Shown one piece after another: positions 59,399-64,000 of a stretch of 64,000 bases of DNA. Location: positions 6-64,005 of the forward strand of contig JALUWX010000045.1 of assembly GCA_027019265.1 (NCBI GenBank). Direction: 5' to 3'. The notes beneath the pieces are model-generated. The model saw only the letters and a list, made by a program, of their open reading frames with translations, was not told where the DNA came from and did not search any database. Each line of letters begins with the position of its first letter. Within the stretch, counting starts at the first letter, position 1. Position numbers and translations under genes: made by a program. The stretch is from Phycisphaerales bacterium (GTDB lineage Bacteria; Planctomycetota; Phycisphaerae; Phycisphaerales; UBA1924).

Positions 59399-60198
59399 CC
59401 CCGAGCTGGATCAAGGACATCGAGAAGGCGCACAAGGAGCGGCGGAAAGTCCGCAAGCTCCTGGGTTCGGGCGCGGTGCGCGATGCGTCATCGGCAAAAA
59501 AGGGTGGGAAGCCCGTCGAGCGAGAAGTCTCGCACGAGCTGGCCGCTCATCCGTTCGTCGTGCGGCTTCCGTCGAGCGATGTGGATGTGTTCAAGCAGGT
59601 GTTCGTGGATACGGAGTACCGGTTCGAGTCGGACACTGCGCCCGAGGTCATCATCGATGCCGGCGCGAACATCGGGCTGACCAGTGTGTATTACGGGTCG
59701 CGCTACCCGGGGTGTCGGATCCTCGCGATCGAGCCCGAGCGGTCGAACTTCGAGCTGATGTCGCGCAACGTCGCGCCCTTCCCGAACGTGACCCCGATCC
59801 ATGCTGCGCTTGCGAGCGAGCCCGGGCACGTGGTCATCGATGACCCGGACCAAGGCGCGTGGTCGTTCCGGACCCGATCAGCGACGGGTGATGAACCCGG
59901 GACCCAGCGCGTCGAAGCGATCACGATCGATCAGTTGATGAGTCAGCACGGGATCGATCGGATCGACCTGCTCAAGATGGACATCGAGGGCGCGGAGATG
60001 GACGTGATGCGCCATGCGTCGTCCTGGATCGACCGGGTCGATGCGATGGTCATCGAGCTCCACGAGCGCTTCATGCCCGGGTGCACGCGGGTGTTCTACA
60101 ACGCGACCCCGGGGTTCGATCACGAATGGCACGCCGGCGAGCACATCTGGATCTCGCGCGAGCACGGGGCGCGGACGATCCGCGAATCGGCGCACTGA
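59395..60198 (+). CDS. FkbM-family SAM-dependent methyltransferase
   Basis: VIIDAGANIGLTSVYY, ILAIEPERSNFELMSRN and IDLLKMDIEGAEMDVM are FkbM hallmarks. The ATG at 59395 overlaps the upstream stop (ATGA). Confidence 0.8.
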   Translation: MTPSWIKDIEKAHKERRKVRKLLGSGAVRDASSAKKGGKPVEREVSHELAAHPFVVRLPSSDVDVFKQVFVDTEYRFESDTAPEVIIDAGANIGLTSVYYGSRYPGCRILAIEPERSNFELMSRNVAPFPNVTPIHAALASEPGHVVIDDPDQGAWSFRTRSATGDEPGTQRVEAITIDQLMSQHGIDRIDLLKMDIEGAEMDVMRHASSWIDRVDAMVIELHERFMPGCTRVFYNATPGFDHEWHAGEHIWISREHGARTIRESAH

Positions 60199-60222
60199 TA
60201 TTCCCGCTCCCCCACTGCTTTC

Positions 60223-61047
60223 TTAGCGCTGGTCCCGGATGAACCGGTACGTGAACTCCGTGTGGGGACCCCGACGTTCGATCCCATCGACACACTCCGG
60301 ATCGATCCGTTCAGCGGCGATGAATCGCTCGTTGATCGTGTGCGCGCTCTGGTCCCCGTGGCGATTCCCGTGCTGGGTCTGGACGAGGTTTGCGGGGTTG
60401 TTGACGATGACGGCGCTGTCGTGGCAATGCATCAACGGGCGATCGAGCCGGCTCGAATCCATCGCCGCTTCGAGGGAGTTGGGGTTGCGGTACTTGAGAT
60501 TCTTGAAGAGCGGCTCGATGTCGAGCATCCGGTACAGGTGCCCGTCCACGGTCATCGGGTAGCCCCAGTCGTGGTCGCATGTCGTCCAGTCCCAGAGCCC
60601 GTCGTCCCCGATCGTCGGGGGGACCATGTCCTCACCCCGGGTGTACGCATGGTCGTACCCGGGCTGCATGCGCAGCGAGGCGCACGCGACCCGGTCGTTG
60701 TGGAGCGCGTGGATGATCGCGTCTTCGTCGGGGGCGCGGAGGAAGACGACGTCGTCCACGAAGCAGAGGACGTAGGGCAATCGTGCATCGAGGACGGAGA
60801 GGAGGTCCTTCTTGAAGGCCGTGTTCTTGTTGAGCAGGGTGCGCGGCCGCTCCCGGACGAACTTCACACCCGGGTGGATCGCGTTGGCTTTCTCGTAGCC
60901 CCGTTCGAAGACGGGCTCGCTGGCCGTCCAGAGGACCGTGGGACGGAGGGCTTTCCAATGGATCTTCATCGTTGCGAGGAGCAGGTCGAGCTGGGCCGCT
61001 CTGTCCTTCGAGAAGATCACCACGCTCGTGTCCGACGCGAGTGTCAC
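60223..61047 (-). CDS. Hypothetical protein in the glycan cluster (possible glycosyltransferase-like fold)
   Basis: The proposed GTG at 61047 overlaps the stop of the upstream GT2 (GTGA). The N-terminus TSVVIFSKDRAAQLDLLL resembles the first strand and helix of GT-A-like proteins. I recognised no firm family. Confidence 0.5.
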   Translation of the reverse strand: MTLASDTSVVIFSKDRAAQLDLLLATMKIHWKALRPTVLWTASEPVFERGYEKANAIHPGVKFVRERPRTLLNKNTAFKKDLLSVLDARLPYVLCFVDDVVFLRAPDEDAIIHALHNDRVACASLRMQPGYDHAYTRGEDMVPPTIGDDGLWDWTTCDHDWGYPMTVDGHLYRMLDIEPLFKNLKYRNPNSLEAAMDSSRLDRPLMHCHDSAVIVNNPANLVQTQHGNRHGDQSAHTINERFIAAERIDPECVDGIERRGPHTEFTYRFIRDQR

Positions 61048-61832
61048 ACGTTTGCTCGCTCGAGGACATCGACCATGGGGAGGGAGCGGAAGTACTTCTC
61101 GACCCGGACCTGGTGATCCCGGTCGATCTTGTGCTCCTGGAGGGGGTTGAAGTCGTTGTAGACGTACAGAGGTTCGCGCACGAAGCGGATCTTCCCGAGG
61201 GGGCACATCTCGAGCATGGGCATCATGATCCCGAGGTCGTAAGCCATCTTGCCCCATTCGCCGTCTTCGCCTCGGAGGGCGATGTCCTTGTCGAGCGCGT
61301 TCCAGAGGAACCCCCGGAACGAGCGGAGGTGGGACGAGACCCAGCGGTACTCACGGAAGGAACGCTCCTTGAGGACCTTGCTCGGGAAGGGCTTGCAGAC
61401 GTTGGAGCGTTTGCCGTCGCTGGCGTGCTTGTATGAGCCGTAGGTGAGCCAGCAGTCTTCGGACTGGTGGAGCTCGTTGACGGTCGAGAGCACGTTCTCG
61501 TGCGCGAGCCAGTCGTCGAGGTCGAGGGTGACGACGATCTCTTCGTCACGGGGTTTGCAGAAGTGGTAGGCGTTGCCCGTCCAGAGTCGGCGTTCCTTCT
61601 CCAGATGGAGTTCGTGCTTCTTGGATCCCCCGGCGAACTCGGTGACCTTCGCGCCCGTGCCGTCGGTCGAGTCGTCGTCCACGACGATGTGTCGGTAGTT
61701 GCTGTAGTTCTGGTTGAGGACGCTCGTGATGCAGTTCTCGACGTAGTCGGCGCAGTTCCGACCGGCCGTGAACACCACGATGGGCCATTCGCCCTCGACT
61801 TTGTTTTTCTTGGTTCCGAAGAGCCCCATCAT
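61044..61832 (-). CDS. Family 2 glycosyltransferase
   Basis: IVVFTAGRNCADYVENCITSVLNQNYSNYRHIVVDDDSTDGT and LDLDDWL (DxD) are typical of GT2. Confidence 0.8.
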   Translation of the reverse strand: MMGLFGTKKNKVEGEWPIVVFTAGRNCADYVENCITSVLNQNYSNYRHIVVDDDSTDGTGAKVTEFAGGSKKHELHLEKERRLWTGNAYHFCKPRDEEIVVTLDLDDWLAHENVLSTVNELHQSEDCWLTYGSYKHASDGKRSNVCKPFPSKVLKERSFREYRWVSSHLRSFRGFLWNALDKDIALRGEDGEWGKMAYDLGIMMPMLEMCPLGKIRFVREPLYVYNDFNPLQEHKIDRDHQVRVEKYFRSLPMVDVLERANV

Positions 61833-61899
61833 CTCACCTCGCTCGGGTCTGGAGAAGGTGGGACTCTATCCGGAGGAACGCGCGGGGTCCCCGAATCGC

Positions 61900-62328
61900 T
61901 CAGACCCCGAGCGCAGCGAGGACGGAATCGAGAACCTGACGGGTCCGGGCTTCGGAGTCGGGGTCGATGTTGATGGTGATCCCGAGCCCGCCGTTGGGCT
62001 GCATCCGTCCGTAGACATGGACGCGCGAGTAGGTCGAATCCGGAGGGGAGAGCGCGATGAAGCGCCCCCCCTGTGGGGTGAGGGACCACTCGTCGATGAT
62101 GTGCCCTTGTCGTTCGAGTTCGTGACGGGCGGCGATCATCGCCGGCTCGATCCGGACCCCGGGGGGAAGCTCGGCTTCCAGGTTCCCCCACATGTATGTC
62201 GCTTTGATCGGGGTCGATCCTTGCCACGCGGAGGATGCCCGGAGCGCGGGGACGGATTCGCAGCCCGTGCTCAGGAGGGGGCTCAGGAGCACCAGGGAGG
62301 CGAAAAAGGCGATTCGGGTGGGTCTCAT
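61900..62328 (-). CDS. Putative lipoprotein
   Basis: MRPTRIAFFASLVLLSPLLSTGC has a lipobox-like STGC. The start is uncertain (the track ORF begins at 62406). Confidence 0.5.
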   Translation of the reverse strand: MRPTRIAFFASLVLLSPLLSTGCESVPALRASSAWQGSTPIKATYMWGNLEAELPPGVRIEPAMIAARHELERQGHIIDEWSLTPQGGRFIALSPPDSTYSRVHVYGRMQPNGGLGITINIDPDSEARTRQVLDSVLAALGV

Positions 62329-62486
62329 GGGCGGAATCATCGGCATTCTCGGACGTTGGTCTGCAGAGACGGAGCGCCTTGACATGGAGGAGGATCGGGC
62401 CTTCAATCGAGACCCTGACCGACGAGGTCGGGTCTTTCGATGTCCCCTGCCCTGATGGGCGTTCTTAGCTGATGGAGCTCGCGCGT

Positions 62487-62660
62487 ATGGCGATCCGGAT
62501 CAAAACCCGTGGTAACGAGTCCGCTGAGCAGATGATGCGCCGCTTCAAGAAGCTGTGCGAGAAGGAAGGGCTCACGAAGGACATCAAGAAGCGTGAGTAC
62601 TACGAGAAGCCGTCGGAGCGCAAGCGCCGCGCCGCTCGTCGGAACGCGCCCCGGATCTGA
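62487..62660 (+). CDS. rpsU: 30S ribosomal protein S21
   Basis: MAIRIKTRGNESAEQMMRRFKKLCEKEGL...KREYYEKPSERKRR is a canonical S21 sequence. Confidence 0.9.
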   Translation: MAIRIKTRGNESAEQMMRRFKKLCEKEGLTKDIKKREYYEKPSERKRRAARRNAPRI

Positions 62661-62688
62661 ACGGGTCCGAACCGAAGAATCGACCGAA

Positions 62689-62717
62689 CCGCTCCGGATG
62701 ATCCGGGGCGGTTTTTT
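62689..62717 (+). terminator. Intrinsic terminator after rpsU
   Basis: CCGCTCCGG (62689-62697) pairs with CCGGGGCGG (62703-62711). TTTTTT follows. Confidence 0.8.
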
Positions 62718-62926
62718 GTTTGACAGGATCCGTTCTGGTTTTCTCGGTGCTTTGAGGTGAAAGTTGGGGGGTACAAACCTAGAGTCTCAACCCCACTCGC
62801 GGGGGTTGTATACGTCAAACCGGAGCACGCGTAAGGCGTGTCGAGGCCAAGCTTTCCCGCTCGTTTTGCGAGGGTGCACGCGGGAGAGCAGGACACAGGA
62901 TCGCACCCCCCAGGCAGATCACACAC

Positions 62927-64000
62927 CATGAGCACAACACTGGTCCCCACACTCGCGTCGATCAGCGAGCTCCCACTTCCGTACTGGCTCGCGCCGTTCG
63001 GTGGGTTGCTCGCGCTGGTCATGGCCAAGCTCTTCCATTCGAGCGTTATGAAGCAGAGCGAAGGCGACGACGACATGATCGCGATCGCGCAGGCCGTCCG
63101 TGACGGTGCGATGGCGTACCTGACCCGTCAGTACAAGGTTGTCGCGGGGGTGTTCGTGCTCCTGATCGTCTTCCTCGGGCTCATGTACCTCCTGGGTCTC
63201 CAGTCCCCCTGGGCGCTCGTGGGTGTTCCTGTCGCGGGCCTCTTCTCGGGGCTCTGTGGTTGGTTCGGGATGAAGATGGCGACGAATGCTTCCGCGCGTA
63301 CCACCTACGCCGCGAAGCAATCGCTCAACGAGGGTCTGAAGGTCGCGTTCCGCTCGGGCGCGGTCATGGGGCTCGTGGTCGTCGGCTTCGCGCTGCTCGA
63401 TGTGTCGTTTTGGTTCTTCATCTTCAACGCGACCGGGATGGCCGGCGATCTCGCCGCGATGACCACGGTCATGCTCTCCTTCGGGATGGGCGCCTCGACC
63501 CAGGCGCTATTCGCGCGTGTGGGTGGTGGTATCTACACCAAGGCCGCCGACGTCGGTGCAGACCTTGTCGGTAAGGTTGAAGCGGGTATCCCCGAAGACG
63601 ACGCGCGGAACCCCGCGACGATCGCCGACAACGTCGGCGACAACGTGGGTGACGTTGCTGGTATGGGTGCTGACCTCTACGAGTCGTACTACGGCTCGAT
63701 CCTCGCGACGATGGCGCTCGGTGTCGCTGCCGCGTTCTCGTTCGCTGGGATCAGCGACGGCGAATCCGCCTCGCTCGGGATCAAGCTCGCCGTCGCGCCG
63801 ATGGCGCTGGCCGGTGTGGGGATCATCTGCTCGATCCTCGGTGTCTTCGTGGTCAAGGCCGACGAGAACGCTTCGTTCGCGAAGCTCCTCAAGGGTCTGC
63901 ACATGGGTGTGTACGTCGCTTCGGGTCTGGTGATCATCGGCGCGTCCGCGCTGCTCTGGTTGCTGCTCGGGAGCGATTCCACGATGGCGCAGATCCTCCC
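62927..64000 (+). CDS. hppA: Membrane-bound proton/sodium-translocating pyrophosphatase, 3' end beyond the window
   Basis: Not in the ORF track because no stop lies within the window. My own translation from the ATG at 62927 gives MSTTLVPTLASISELP...AIAQAVRDGAMAYLTRQYK. Later it gives GGGIYTKAADVGADLVGKVEAGIPEDDARNPATIADNVGDNVGDVAGMGADLYESY, which is diagnostic for V-type PPases. Confidence 0.9.

Noticed and set aside
1-64000. A search by eye for CRISPR arrays, long tandem or inverted repeats, IS elements and rRNA/tRNA genes.
   Set aside because: I found none. Intergenic regions are short, and those longer than 150 nt (2376-2666, 4471-4722, 24316-24487, 35338-35503, 35954-36117, 38085-38393, 43505-43662, 62718-62926) show no repeat-spacer structure or tRNA cloverleaf. 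A computational scan (tRNAscan-SE, Infernal, a CRISPR finder) should confirm this.

Overview
This is a GC-rich (by eye roughly two-thirds G+C), gene-dense bacterial chromosomal segment. I call about 60 protein-coding genes. I recognised no rRNA, tRNA, CRISPR array, transposase or prophage. All functional calls rest on motifs recognised by eye in the supplied translations; no database search was possible.

Most of the content is housekeeping:
- Cell shape: mreBCD.
- Replication, transcription and translation: polA, prmC, rho, mnmA, truD, efp, rpsU.
- Metabolism: coaE, pgi, aroK, trpF, gltA, and a partial hppA running off the right edge.

There is one late-flagellar block: flgI, a rod-binding flgJ-like gene, flgN, flgK, flgL, fliW, csrA and two tandem flagellin genes.

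There are also several envelope and glycan modules:
- An ABC ATPase with a fused ABC-2/GldG-like permease.
- A GT2-ExbD-TonB operon.
- A GT10-like/FkbM/GT2 cluster.

The left edge is a poly-G tract that truncates a Ser/Thr kinase gene. That kinase is co-transcribed with an ECF sigma factor.

The gene repertoire and style fit a Planctomycetota/Phycisphaerae-like organism: an ECF-kinase pair, a futalosine-type radical SAM enzyme, a FliW-CsrA module, and huge antisense shadow ORFs. This taxonomic placement is inference only.

I found no obvious defence island or mobile element. The observations most worth follow-up are:
1. A cluster of CACGGA (CsrA-site-like) motifs, the first three 47-51 nt apart. 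It runs through the 3' part of an unusually long csrA ORF into the flagellin Shine-Dalgarno, and the same motif sits at the second flagellin.
2. The ECF sigma / membrane Ser/Thr kinase operon, which has no anti-sigma factor.
3. A Rho factor with a long Lys/Thr/Ser-, Asn- and Gly-rich disordered N-terminus.
4. A fusion of a bacterial PH-domain membrane module to dephospho-CoA kinase.
5. Translationally coupled GT2-ExbD-TonB genes without ExbB.
6. A GT10-like/FkbM glycan-modification cluster.

Many long ORFs in the supplied track are antisense or alternative-frame artefacts of high GC and were rejected.
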